A DNA stretch of 64,000 bases from Verrucomicrobiia bacterium (GCA_035577265.1 DATLVR010000066.1:93819-157818), one strand, 5' to 3'; numbered from the stretch's first letter, positions 1 through 9,687 are shown. Notes: generated by a model not told the origin, from the letters alone. Program-made: numbers and translations.

Positions 1-180
1 TTCCGGCGGGGTTTCGCGCGTGAAATGAAAGCCTTCGACCACCGCATCGGTTTTGAACAGGAATAATTTGTCCGCAACGCCGAGGTCCAGCACGGCGCAA
101 TCATCCCCCGCGCCGGTCACGACGGATGGGTTCGTCGGCAGCGCCTGCGTCAGCTTGGCGATCAGTTCAAATTCGTTCAT
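1..180 (-). CDS. thiL: thiamine-monophosphate kinase, N-terminal part; the gene runs off the window edge
   Basis: Minus-strand ATG at 178-180. Translation MNEFELIAKLTQ..VVTGAGDDCAVLD..FKTDAVVEGFHF fits the ThiL/AIR-synthase-like N-terminus. ATGA overlap with the CPBP gene stop. Absent from the ORF track because it is truncated. Confidence 0.65.
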   Translation of the reverse strand, partial: MNEFELIAKLTQALPTNPSVVTGAGDDCAVLDLGVADKLFLFKTDAVVEGFHFTRETPPE

Positions 181-905
181 GCGTGGGAAGAATGGTTTTG
201 CCAGAGCAGCATCGCAAAGTTGGTCGCGTTGAACAACGCATGCGCGGTGATGGGCGCCAGCAGGTTGTCCGTTCTTTGATAGAGCCATGTCAGGGCTAGG
301 GCGAAGGCAAACAGCGCCACGAACGCGGGCGCATTCATGTGGATCAAGGCGAACAGCGCGCTGACGCCGAACCAGGCGAGCTTGGGAAGGCCCAGCTGCC
401 GGACGAACGGAAACAGCACCCCGCGAAAAATAAATTCCTCCGCCACCGGTGCGATCACGATCGCGAACACGCCGAAATACGCGGTGGCCCAGCAGCTCTT
501 GGCCTGCAGTAACATCTCCACGGCGGCTTGATCCTCATGCGGCCAGCCAAGCTTCTCCGCAACGTAAATGGACCCGCCTTGCAGCAGCAGGACAACCGGC
601 AGCACGACCAGGATGAATGCAACGGCGGTGAGCAAAGCCGATTTTAACTTCGGCCCGCGCCAGCCGAAAGCCGCCAACCAGCCGGTCTGGTGCAGCCGTA
701 AAAACCCCCAGATTAGCAACCACCCCGCGCCTTGAAAGCTCAGGGTGGCGAACAGCAAATTTCCAAAATCCTCCTGTTGTTGAAAGCCGTTCACCCCCGC
801 CTTGTGCAGCAGCGCGGCAATGGTCAGGCCGAGGCAAAGACAGACGAATTGAGCCGCGACAAACAGCATCACGACCTCGGCCCGCCACGGTTTTTCCGAC
901 AACAT
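177..905 (-). CDS. CPBP family (CAAX/Abi-type) intramembrane metalloprotease
   Basis: Polytopic 242 aa ORF with EEFIFRGVLF and HALFN motifs typical of CPBP proteases. Confidence 0.8.
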   Translation of the reverse strand: MLSEKPWRAEVVMLFVAAQFVCLCLGLTIAALLHKAGVNGFQQQEDFGNLLFATLSFQGAGWLLIWGFLRLHQTGWLAAFGWRGPKLKSALLTAVAFILVVLPVVLLLQGGSIYVAEKLGWPHEDQAAVEMLLQAKSCWATAYFGVFAIVIAPVAEEFIFRGVLFPFVRQLGLPKLAWFGVSALFALIHMNAPAFVALFAFALALTWLYQRTDNLLAPITAHALFNATNFAMLLWQNHSSHA

Positions 906-1046
906 GATTTCAGTTTATCGCGGCGGCACGGCCGAGACGATGTAAAACGAACATCCAACATCGAACCACCAACGCGCAGCATCCCATGCCGTCACCCGCC
1001 ACCTTTCATTGGATGTTCGCTGTTGAAGGTTGGATGTTTCCCCTGC

Positions 1047-2438
1047 TCAAATCTCCACCACCTGTTTGTATTCCGGCACGATGACTTCCGCATTGGGTTT
1101 CATGGCGCGCAGGGTTTCCGCGTGAGCGAGGCACTGGGTTTCTTCGCCGTGGATGCAGACGATCTTCTTGATGTCGCCGGAAAGCTTCTCGACGTAGCGC
1201 TTCAATTCGTTTTTGTCCGCGTGGCCGGAATAGGTGTCGAGGGAAACGACTTTGGCACGGACCTCGTAAGGTTCGCCGAAAATGTTGACGGGCGTTTTGC
1301 CTGCGACAATCTGATTGCCCAGCGTGCCTTCCGCGCAGTAGCCGATGAACAGGGCCAGATTCTTCGCGTCACCGAGATTGTTCTTCAGATGATGCCGGAT
1401 GCGTCCACCTTCGCACATGCCCGATGCGCTGATGATGATCATCGCCTCCTTGCGGTCGTTCAGCTGCTTGGATTCCTCGGCGCTGCCGATGTAGGTAAGG
1501 TTGCCCATGCCGAAGGGATTTTCGTTATTGCACATCGTATCATTGATGGTGGGCCGCAACGACTCGGGATGCTTTTTGTAAATGTCGGTCGCCCGCGCGC
1601 TCAACGGACTGTCCACGAAGATCGGAACGCGCGGCAGTTTTCCCGCACAGGCCAGTTCATGCAGCACATATACGATCTGCTGCGTGCGCCCGACGGAAAA
1701 TGCGGGGATGATGATCTTGCCGTTTTGTTTGATGGTTTCACCGACGAGCTTGCCGACCAGTTCATCCGCATCGGGGCGTTGCTCGTGAACGCGCGCGGCG
1801 TAGGTGGATTCGATCTGGAGATAATCCACGTTCTCGACGGGAACCGGGTCGCGCAGCAGATCATCCCCGCCGCGGCCGATGTCGCCGGTGAACAGGTAAC
1901 GGAATTTCCGGCCGCCTTCCTGCACGTCCAGAATCACCTGCGCCGAACCGAGGATGTGGCCGGCATCGCGGAACGTGACGGTCATGCCGGGCACGGGTTG
2001 GAACGGGGTTTCATAGTCGTGGGCGACGAGCTGCCGCACGCATTTCTCGGCGTCGGGCGTGGTGTAAAGCGGCTCGACCGGCGGCTGATGTTTTTTGGCG
2101 CGCACTTTGGAAACGAAGATGGCGTCCTGTTCCTGGATGTGCGCCGAGTCCAGCAGCATGATCCCGCACAAATCACTGGTCGCCGACGTGCAATGGATCG
2201 GGCCGTCATAGGTTTTGCACAGGCTTGGCAGCTTGCCCGCGTGATCCAGATGCGAATGGCTCAGTATCACCGCGTCCACCTGCCTGGTATCGAACGGCAA
2301 AACTTTATTGAGCTGTTCCGATTCTTGGCGGTGGCCCTGGAACAGCCCGCATTCGAGCAAAAGTTTTTTACCGTTGACCTCGATGAGATACATCGAGCCC
2401 GTGGTGGTGCGGGCCGCGCCGAAGAAGTGGATTTTCAT
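1047..2438 (-). CDS. MBL-fold beta-CASP ribonuclease (RNase J/CPSF-like)
   Basis: HSHLDHAG metallo-beta-lactamase motif and beta-CASP-type C-terminal part. Start moved to MKIHFFGAARTTTGS (ATG 2436-2438). Confidence 0.8.
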   Translation of the reverse strand: MKIHFFGAARTTTGSMYLIEVNGKKLLLECGLFQGHRQESEQLNKVLPFDTRQVDAVILSHSHLDHAGKLPSLCKTYDGPIHCTSATSDLCGIMLLDSAHIQEQDAIFVSKVRAKKHQPPVEPLYTTPDAEKCVRQLVAHDYETPFQPVPGMTVTFRDAGHILGSAQVILDVQEGGRKFRYLFTGDIGRGGDDLLRDPVPVENVDYLQIESTYAARVHEQRPDADELVGKLVGETIKQNGKIIIPAFSVGRTQQIVYVLHELACAGKLPRVPIFVDSPLSARATDIYKKHPESLRPTINDTMCNNENPFGMGNLTYIGSAEESKQLNDRKEAMIIISASGMCEGGRIRHHLKNNLGDAKNLALFIGYCAEGTLGNQIVAGKTPVNIFGEPYEVRAKVVSLDTYSGHADKNELKRYVEKLSGDIKKIVCIHGEETQCLAHAETLRAMKPNAEVIVPEYKQVVEI

Positions 2439-2600
2439 GGCCGGAAAGAAAACGTGGCAGACACGGAAAGTCGAGCGCAATTCCCAATCTTCGGTTGTGT
2501 CGCAGAACAGCCGCAGCTGCGTGAAAATGCTGTGGCTGACGCTCCGCGCACAGCTGCGTTCCGTTCAAACCTCATCACCCGGACGGCCTGGTGCTGTCCG

Positions 2601-3641
2601 TCAGTGCCCCGCTTTATGATAAAACGCCACCAGTGCCGCCCCGATGGCCTGGGAGAGTTCGCCCAACTCCGCCGGCACGATCTTGATGGTGTCGCGTTGC
2701 GGCGCCCAGAGATACGGCACAGCCGTCTCCCGGATCACGCGCATGTAGCGTTCACGGAATTCCGGCGTGGTCGCTTCGTGATCCATCAATCCGCCGCCAA
2801 TGACAACAATGCCCGGATCAAAAGCCATCACCAGATTGGCGACGTGCAATCCCATGACGCGCGCCTGAAAATCAAAAATCTCCAGCGCCAGCGCATCGCC
2901 TTTCTGCGCCCGGGTGCGAAGCGACAGGACTTTTTCCTTGATGGGCGCGGCGGACTTGGCCAGTTCGTGCTCGGGATGACGCTTGATGAATTCCGCGAGC
3001 AATTGCGGCAGGCCGGAAATGGTCGTGTAAGCCTCCACGCAACCCCAGTCGCGTCCGCAGCCGCAACTGAACGGCTTGCCGGTGAGACCGAGGAGATGCA
3101 CCGCGGCCGCCATGTGACCAGCCTCCATTCCCGCGAGTGTGTCGCCATCGAGGCAGAGGCCGTCCGCGCCGACGAAAGCCGCGCCCAGTCCGGAACCGGG
3201 CATGAGCATCATGACGGTGGCCCGGGTGTTGCCGCGGGCGAGCCGTGCCTCGGCCACGCCACCATAGTTTCCGTCATTGCCGACCACGAGCGGCAGCACG
3301 CGACCGGCCTGTTTGGCGAGCGCGACGCTGTAATCGGTATAAACATCCCAGCCCGCGAAGCTGGCGGGCAGGTTTGGCGTCCGGCTGAAAACGCCATAGC
3401 GTTCATACGGTCCGGGAATCGCGAGGCCGACGCCGGCGACCTGGGACCATTCGAGATTATTTTGCGCGAGAAAGTCGCTGACGCCCGCGATCCAGGAAGC
3501 GATGACGGCGCCGCGCCCGTTTTCGGAATTGGTGGAACGCTGCAAAACCTTGTTCGAGACCGGCTCGCCGTTATCCCAGACCGCGCACAGTTTGGTGGTG
3601 GTCGCGCCGCTATCCGTGCCAATGAAGACTTTTTTACTCAT
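2601..3641 (-). CDS. ROK family sugar kinase/regulator-like protein
   Basis: N-terminal FIGTDSGATTTK ATPase motif and ROK zinc motif CGCGRDWGCVEAY. Start set at MSKKVFIG (ATG 3639-3641). Confidence 0.75.
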   Translation of the reverse strand: MSKKVFIGTDSGATTTKLCAVWDNGEPVSNKVLQRSTNSENGRGAVIASWIAGVSDFLAQNNLEWSQVAGVGLAIPGPYERYGVFSRTPNLPASFAGWDVYTDYSVALAKQAGRVLPLVVGNDGNYGGVAEARLARGNTRATVMMLMPGSGLGAAFVGADGLCLDGDTLAGMEAGHMAAAVHLLGLTGKPFSCGCGRDWGCVEAYTTISGLPQLLAEFIKRHPEHELAKSAAPIKEKVLSLRTRAQKGDALALEIFDFQARVMGLHVANLVMAFDPGIVVIGGGLMDHEATTPEFRERYMRVIRETAVPYLWAPQRDTIKIVPAELGELSQAIGAALVAFYHKAGH

Positions 3642-3727
3642 GATTAAGCCCGTTAAAATGCGGGCAGCGCAATCAAAGGCAAGAATTATTCGCGTTTCCC
3701 GGTTCAACCCGTTTAACTTTACGGCGG

Positions 3728-4765
3728 GTGACACAACACGAAACATTCTCAAATCTGCTCCGCGGTGACGCGCCTGTATTGTCGCTCGCGCCGATGCAGG
3801 ACGTGACCACCATCGATTTCATGCGCGTCGTCGCGCGTTACGGCGGGCCGGATGTTTACTGGACGGAATTCTTCCGCGTCCACGGCGATTCGCGGCCGGA
3901 AAAGTGGATTCTCGATTCCATCACCAAAAATCCCACCGGCCGGCCCGTCATCGCCCAGATGATCGGCAATGACATCCCCGCGCTCGTGCGCAACGCGAAA
4001 CTGCTCCAGCAATATCCCGTTGCCGCGATCGACCTGAACCTCGGCTGTCCCGCGCCGATCGTGTATCGCAAATGCGCGGGCGGCGGCCTGCTGCGCGAGC
4101 CGCAACGCATTGACGCCATCCTTGGTGCGCTGCGCGACGCAGTGAAAATTCCTTTCACGGTGAAAACGCGGCTTGGCTTTGAGTCACCCGCCGAGTTCGA
4201 CACGCTGCTGCCGGTTTTCGCGAAGCATTCGCTTGATTTGCTCACGGTCCACGCGCGCACCGTCGTGCAAATGTATCGGCCCGGCGTGCGCTACGACCTC
4301 ATTGCGCAGGCGGCGCGCGAGCTGCACTGCCCGGTGTTTGCCAACGGCAATGTCCACAGCGCGGCGCAGGCGCAGGCGTTGCTGGCCGAAACCGGCGTGC
4401 GTGGATTGATGATCGGGCGCGGCGCCATCCGCAATCCGTGGCTGTTCGACCAGGTCCGCGCGCAACTGCGAGGTGAAGAAATAAAACTGCCGACCGGGCG
4501 CGATGTGCTGGCCTACGTCCGCGAACTGTGGGAGAACGAAATCACGCCCGGCGTGAAGGAGTCGTCGCAGGTGATGCGCATGAAGAAATTCATGAACTTC
4601 ATCGGCGACGGCGTGGGTGAGAAATTCCTGCACGACATCCGCCGCGTGGCGACGACGGCGGATTTCTTTCGCGTGTGTGAAGCCTCTCTGAACCACGACG
4701 ACCCCATGCCGCTGGAGCCACAGGCGGTTTCGGAAACGCCTCTGGATTTGCCGGCGGCGTTTTAA
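3728..4765 (+). CDS. tRNA-dihydrouridine synthase (Dus family)
   Basis: LAPMQDVTTIDFMR N-terminus, DLNLGCP and TIM-barrel Dus-like sequence. GTG start. Confidence 0.8.
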   Translation: MTQHETFSNLLRGDAPVLSLAPMQDVTTIDFMRVVARYGGPDVYWTEFFRVHGDSRPEKWILDSITKNPTGRPVIAQMIGNDIPALVRNAKLLQQYPVAAIDLNLGCPAPIVYRKCAGGGLLREPQRIDAILGALRDAVKIPFTVKTRLGFESPAEFDTLLPVFAKHSLDLLTVHARTVVQMYRPGVRYDLIAQAARELHCPVFANGNVHSAAQAQALLAETGVRGLMIGRGAIRNPWLFDQVRAQLRGEEIKLPTGRDVLAYVRELWENEITPGVKESSQVMRMKKFMNFIGDGVGEKFLHDIRRVATTADFFRVCEASLNHDDPMPLEPQAVSETPLDLPAAF

Positions 4766-4769
4766 ATCG

Positions 4770-4817
4770 GTTCCACCTCCCTGCTGTTCCACCTCCCTGC
4801 TGTTCCACCTGCCTGCT
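4770..4817. repeat. three tandem copies of a 16-nt unit (gttccacctccctgct)
   Basis: Read directly: 4770-4785, 4786-4801 and 4802-4817 (third copy has one change). Lies between the dus stop and the PAP2 gene start. Confidence 0.9.
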
Positions 4818-4861
4818 TGTGAGCGAAACGGCTTGCCGCTAGGATTTGCCCCTTTGACCAA

Positions 4862-5758
4862 ATGACCGATTCCATGGCCGATAAAATTAAATGGCAGTCC
4901 CGGCTGCGCGCGGTGCTGCCGCATGAATGGCTTTTTGGCGCCTACCTGCTGCTGACCGGGCTGCGGCTGTTCGTCCGCGACGGCGCGGCGCGGCCCTGGT
5001 CGTTTTTGTTTTTCGGCTGTTTTGCCGCCAGCATCGGGATTTTTTTCTGGGCGGAACGGAACTTGACCCCGTGGCGCTGGCGGGTGCGCCTGTTGTTTTA
5101 TCCGTGTGCCATGGGCATCTCGTTTTACGCGATGGGCGTGGCGGTGCCGCTCCTGGGAAACGGGAAGGTGGACACCATGCTCCTCGGTTGGGACCGGGCG
5201 TTGCTTGGCGAAACGCCGGCGGTGGCCTGGGAACCGTGGTTGCGTCCATGGGTGGAGGACGTGGCGATGACGGGCTACCTCTTTTTCTTTTATTACCTGG
5301 TCGCGGGACCGGCCGTTTATTGCATCCAAAATCTGCGGCTGTTCCGCACGTGCATCGTGGGTTTGCTCACGATGTATGCCCTGGCGTTCACGAGCTACAC
5401 GGTGTTCCCGGCGGGCGGGCCGTGGCGCTGGATGACGTTTGTGACGCCGCTGCACGGGCCGTGGGTGCTGGACTGGGCGCTCGGTCCGGTGAACGCCGGA
5501 AGCAATGCCGTGGACGTTTTTCCGAGCGTGCATCTGGCCGCATCGCTGTATCTGCTGATGTTCGACTGGCAGCACGGACGACGCAGGTTCTGGGTGCATC
5601 TGCTGCCGTGCGCGGTTCTGTGGTGGTCCACCATGTATTTGCGCTTCCACTACTTTGTGGACCTGCTCGCCGGCGTGGTGATGGCGCTGGCGGGTTGGGG
5701 AATGGCGCAGGCCTATGCGCGGTCGGCGCAGGCACGGCGCGTGGATGGCGCGGATTGA
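4862..5758 (+). CDS. PAP2-superfamily-like integral membrane protein
   Basis: Multi-TM ORF with PSVHLAA and RFHYFVDLLAG, resembling the C-terminal PAP2 phosphatase motifs. Confidence 0.55.
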   Translation: MTDSMADKIKWQSRLRAVLPHEWLFGAYLLLTGLRLFVRDGAARPWSFLFFGCFAASIGIFFWAERNLTPWRWRVRLLFYPCAMGISFYAMGVAVPLLGNGKVDTMLLGWDRALLGETPAVAWEPWLRPWVEDVAMTGYLFFFYYLVAGPAVYCIQNLRLFRTCIVGLLTMYALAFTSYTVFPAGGPWRWMTFVTPLHGPWVLDWALGPVNAGSNAVDVFPSVHLAASLYLLMFDWQHGRRRFWVHLLPCAVLWWSTMYLRFHYFVDLLAGVVMALAGWGMAQAYARSAQARRVDGAD

Positions 5759-5841
5759 AGCCGGCGCCTTTCCCTGCTTTGCAAGCCACGCCGGGCGTGC
5801 TACAAAATCCGTGGCATTAAAACGCACATCCAAATCCAACT

Positions 5842-6141
5842 ATGAACCTGGCCAGAAAACCGTTTTTATTTTCATGCCTCGCCCTGGGTCTCGCCACCGG
5901 GTTGACGGCAGGCTGCACGGACACCACCAAACAGACGGTCGGGCAAAAGACCGATGCGGCCATCACGGACGCCGAAGATGCGATGAAAAAGGTCGCCAGC
6001 GAGATGAAGGATGTCTCAACGAACGTGGCGACCCACGTCGTGGACTTCTCCACCAACGCCTGGGCCAAAACCAAGCAGGGCGCGCATAAAGCTGCTGACG
6101 TGACGACCAATGTGGTCCACGACGTCAAAGAAGGCTTCTAG
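5842..6141 (+). CDS. small lipoprotein, function unknown
   Basis: Signal peptide with lipobox (LTAGC), then a hydrophilic Lys/Asp/Thr-rich 75 aa. Confidence 0.55.
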   Translation: MNLARKPFLFSCLALGLATGLTAGCTDTTKQTVGQKTDAAITDAEDAMKKVASEMKDVSTNVATHVVDFSTNAWAKTKQGAHKAADVTTNVVHDVKEGF

Positions 6142-6181
6142 TGATTTGCCGTGCGGCAAGCCGGGTGGCGCCGCCTGCGCT

Positions 6182-6985
6182 TCATTTCAGCTTCACCCGG
6201 AAGGCACTGGCATCAGCGATCTTTCCGAGATCATGACCGGAGAATTCCTTCCGGTAGGCTTCGGTTTCCAGCAGGTGATGGCCGGATTTTTCCGCGTCGT
6301 GCCGCAAGAGATGCTTTAATTCCAGGAGATTCGCCGACCAGCGGAAGCCGTTGAAAAATTCCACGCCGGCAAACTGCGTCTTGTAGAGCGCCCGCCCGGA
6401 ATAGCAGGTGCCGAGGTAGAGGTGCGCGAATTTTTGCTCCGCAAAATGGACCGCCGCCGCCGTCATCATGAACAGACCCAGGCTCCGGTTGAAATGGTTC
6501 AGGTCATAGAAAGAGTAGCGGTAGAAGGCGAGACGCGGCGCTTCCAAATAGAGCACCACCACGCCGAGTTCGGCGCCGGATTGTGCCTCCGTGAACACCA
6601 GCAGATGCGTGGCCACGGGCGAATTGAAGACCAGCTCGAGCCGTTCGTGCGGCATGACATCCTTGCCATAGCGCGCGTCGGCGTAGTTCTTGTAGAATTC
6701 GCGCCGGGCGGGCGTCAGGTCGAATTCTGCTCGCGGCACCAGTTTCATTTCGACGAGTTCACCCTTGCGCAGGATCCGGCGGTTTTCCGACGACGGCTTG
6801 AACTTCGCCAGGTCCACCCGCACGTTGCGGCACAGATAAAACTGGCCAAGCCCGCGCGCCGACGGCAGAAATCCGGCGTTGAAAAGATCCGCCGGCGCCT
6901 CGCCGGGTTCCGGCACCGCCCAGATCACGTAGGGATACAGGTAGCGTCCGTAATCGGACTCGGATTCGGAGAAAAGAAGTTTCAT
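6182..6985 (-). CDS. arginyl/leucyl-tRNA-protein transferase-like protein (ATE_C/Bpt-like)
   Basis: C-terminal HLYLGTCYSGRALYKTQFAGVEFFNGFRW resembles the YLGY..KM.YK..F.P.E signature of Bpt/Ate transferases. The Cys-rich ATE N-domain is not seen. Confidence 0.5.
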   Translation of the reverse strand: MKLLFSESESDYGRYLYPYVIWAVPEPGEAPADLFNAGFLPSARGLGQFYLCRNVRVDLAKFKPSSENRRILRKGELVEMKLVPRAEFDLTPARREFYKNYADARYGKDVMPHERLELVFNSPVATHLLVFTEAQSGAELGVVVLYLEAPRLAFYRYSFYDLNHFNRSLGLFMMTAAAVHFAEQKFAHLYLGTCYSGRALYKTQFAGVEFFNGFRWSANLLELKHLLRHDAEKSGHHLLETEAYRKEFSGHDLGKIADASAFRVKLK

Positions 6986-7021
6986 TCTGATTCACCACGC
7001 AGGAACATCAATCGAAACGAA

Positions 7022-8212
7022 TCATGCCGGCGCAGTTTCCCTCCGTATGGATGCGTGCTGATTCGTGGTTGAACTGTTCACGTGTTTACGCCGCAGCCGC
7101 AGCCGCCAGCTCGTCAGCACTTCGTAGCTCACGGAATTTTTCAACTTCGCGAAGTCATGGACGCTGATCTCCTGGTCCCCCTGCCGGCCCATGATGACGG
7201 CTTCGTCCCACATTTGCGCCCCGGGGATGTCCGTGATGTCCACTATCAGTGCGTCCATCGCAATGCCGCCGATCAGCGGGGCGCGCCGGCCGTGGAGGAG
7301 CACCCCACCCTCGTTGCGCACGCGCGGAAAGCCGTCGCCGTAGCCGATGGGCAGCACGGCAATGCGGCGTTCCGTCTTCGCCGTGTAACGCATCCCGTAG
7401 CCAACGACTTCGCCGGGCTTCAGTTTCTGGATCGCCGCGATGCGCGCCTTGACCGACATGACCGGCTCGATGCCGGGAATCCGCCGGCAAACCGTCGAGG
7501 GAAATACGCCGTGCATCAAAATCCCGAGGCGCACCATGTCCAGATGGGCGTGCGGCATGTCAAGGAAGCCGCCGCTGTTGCACGTGTGACGCAATGACAC
7601 GTGGATGCCGCGCGCAGTGAGGGCCTGCAGCACTTCTTGGAACCGCGCGAATTGCAGGTTGGCAAACGTCTTGTCCGTCTCATCCGATTGTGAGAAGTGG
7701 CTCATGACGCCTTCGAGCCGCAACGATTTCTCCGCAAGGATCTGTTCGATGAGCGGCAATGCCTCGTCCCAGCGAACACCATAACGGCTCATGCCTGTGT
7801 TGATCTTGACGTGAACCGGCACCTGCTTGTCAAAGGCTGCCGCGACGCGCGCCAGCTTGCGGACGGTATGCGATTCGTTGACGCAAATGGTCAGGTCATG
7901 CGCCACGCACCATTCGAGTTCGGCTTCCTGCCGTTCGCCGAGCAGCAATAACGGCGCGGTGATGCCGCCGTCGCGGAGGATCATCGCCTCTTCGAGCGTG
8001 CTCAGGCCAAAGCCCCACACGCCTTCCTCGAGGGCGATGCGCGCGATGTCCAGCGCGCCGTGACCGTAGGCTTCGTCCTTCACGACGGCGAGGAATTTCA
8101 CGGCGCGCGGCAGGTCGCTGCGGATGAGTTGCAGATTGCGGCGCATCCGCCCGAGATCAATCTCGATCCACGCGGGACGTTGCGGAAAATTTTCGGAATT
8201 GATGTTCATCAA
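7022..8212 (-). CDS. alr: alanine racemase
   Basis: AWIEIDL..AVVKDEAYGHG PLP-lysine region and full-length Alr-like sequence. Confidence 0.9.
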   Translation of the reverse strand: MMNINSENFPQRPAWIEIDLGRMRRNLQLIRSDLPRAVKFLAVVKDEAYGHGALDIARIALEEGVWGFGLSTLEEAMILRDGGITAPLLLLGERQEAELEWCVAHDLTICVNESHTVRKLARVAAAFDKQVPVHVKINTGMSRYGVRWDEALPLIEQILAEKSLRLEGVMSHFSQSDETDKTFANLQFARFQEVLQALTARGIHVSLRHTCNSGGFLDMPHAHLDMVRLGILMHGVFPSTVCRRIPGIEPVMSVKARIAAIQKLKPGEVVGYGMRYTAKTERRIAVLPIGYGDGFPRVRNEGGVLLHGRRAPLIGGIAMDALIVDITDIPGAQMWDEAVIMGRQGDQEISVHDFAKLKNSVSYEVLTSWRLRLRRKHVNSSTTNQHASIRRETAPA

Positions 8213-8226
8213 AGCACAAAACAGTT

Positions 8227-8304
8227 AAACCACGAAACACACAAAATACACGAAAAAGTTTTTCAGATTTCTGGTTTTTGTGTGGTTTGTGTATTTCGTG
8301 GTTT
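8227..8304. repeat. long imperfect inverted repeat (hairpin) built from cacgaa-type motifs
   Basis: Left arm aaaccacgaaacacacaaaatacacgaaaaag. Right arm ctggtttttgtgtggtttgtgtatttcgtggttt is its near reverse complement. Lies between the ATP-grasp gene stop and the alr start. Confidence 0.7.
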
Positions 8305-8309
8305 CCAAA

Positions 8310-9590
8310 TCAAACCGTTCCCGGCGGCCACAGGCTTTGGCCGACATCCGTGCGGTAATAACTGCCAATGACGCGGATTTTTTTGATGTTCGCGTATGCT
8401 TTCGCAATCGCCGTGTCTAGTTTCGGCGCCAGGGCGATCACGTCCGCGACGCGGTGACCGGTCGCGACCAGGCTTCCGTCCGGATCCCGCGCGACTTCGT
8501 TCCACCAGACGTCGCAGTCGAATTTGCCAACGGTTTCCAGCGGCAGATGTGGTCCGACGATTTTGGTGAACGGATAACCGTAGCCCGCCAGGGTGAGCGA
8601 ACAGCCGAAGTTCACCTTTTTGTTGAACTCGAGTTTCAATCTTTCGTTCCGTGCCGTTTGCAAAATGGCGTTCACCGGATCTTTCAGCATCCGCAAGATC
8701 ATCGGGCCGGACGTGACGCCGATGCGGATGTTGTATTCAATGACGTGCCACCGCCCGTCGCGCTTGATGGCGGTGACCTGCAATGGGCCGTGATAATTCA
8801 CCTTCTGGAACCAGGGCAGCAACGGGTGGATCAATTCCCGCGCCAGGCCGTATTTATCGTGCTCATCGCGCTCCACCAGTCCGCCAAGCGGCGCGCCGGC
8901 GATGATGCCGAGATTGCCGTTGAAGGCATATTTGTATTCCTGGTTGGTGACCAGCGAATGAATCTGCCCGCCACTGATCAGCGCAATGTGCCCGGCTTCG
9001 GCCCGGCCGAGATATTCCTGGAGAAAAACACCCTCGGCGTAGTTGACGTGCCGCAGCCAGGCGCGCGTGTCGGCGACCGTCTCGCATAGAATGGTGTGAA
9101 CCGGGCTCGTCGGCGAGCAAAGCGGGTTCTTGATGACGAACGGATGCGGATGGGCTTGGAGAATTTGCTCCGCCGCCAGCCGGTTCGCGGCGACAAACGA
9201 TTTGGGGAACGGAATCTTGTAATCGACGCACAGCTTCCGCGCGAAATCCCGTTCGCGCTCGATGCGCATCCCCTCGCCGGTTGGGGAAAAAATGCCGACG
9301 CCGGATTTCACCACCTCATTGGCCCACGGCTGCATGGCCCAGTCAATGGACTGCGGGATGACGACCGCGGTCTGGTTTTCCCGCAGCAGCGGCGCCGGGT
9401 TCGGATGGGCGTCATGCAAATAGGTGCGTCCGATCAGCGAGGGCGGGAAATGCCCGTAATTGCGCGTCAGATATGTGGCGACGTGCGCGCCCCCGTCGGC
9501 GAGCGCTCCGCCGATGCTCTGCGCGAACGACCCGACGCCGAGGATCATCACGTTGGTGGCGGACTTTCGAGCTGGCTTGGTTGACGGCAT
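8310..9590 (-). CDS. ATP-grasp enzyme, PurD (GAR synthetase)-like paralogue
   Basis: Rossmann-like N-terminus VMILGVGSFAQS and a central ATP-grasp-like region (PFVIKNPLCS.., EYNIRIG). Start chosen at MPSTKPARK (9588-9590); 9689 is also possible. Confidence 0.55.
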   Translation of the reverse strand: MPSTKPARKSATNVMILGVGSFAQSIGGALADGGAHVATYLTRNYGHFPPSLIGRTYLHDAHPNPAPLLRENQTAVVIPQSIDWAMQPWANEVVKSGVGIFSPTGEGMRIERERDFARKLCVDYKIPFPKSFVAANRLAAEQILQAHPHPFVIKNPLCSPTSPVHTILCETVADTRAWLRHVNYAEGVFLQEYLGRAEAGHIALISGGQIHSLVTNQEYKYAFNGNLGIIAGAPLGGLVERDEHDKYGLARELIHPLLPWFQKVNYHGPLQVTAIKRDGRWHVIEYNIRIGVTSGPMILRMLKDPVNAILQTARNERLKLEFNKKVNFGCSLTLAGYGYPFTKIVGPHLPLETVGKFDCDVWWNEVARDPDGSLVATGHRVADVIALAPKLDTAIAKAYANIKKIRVIGSYYRTDVGQSLWPPGTV

Positions 9591-9687
9591 ATAAAGCGCG
9601 GGCAGTCTTCCGCAAATTTGCCGGCAGTGCAACGCCAAGAAATTCGATTCCTCGACATCCCGCCGGCCCGCGGGCAAAATCAATCCC

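Noticed and set aside
732-3647. 971 aa plus-strand ORF and similar very long ORFs: 4184-5839 (-), 15581-16861 (-), 32283-33587 (-), 38716-40170 (+), 39008-40567 (-), 47035-49479 (+), 51092-52291 (+)
   Set aside because: All lie antisense to, or out of frame with, genes that have clear conserved motifs. They are Arg/Ala/Gly/His-rich low-complexity translations typical of stop-poor alternative frames in high-GC DNA.
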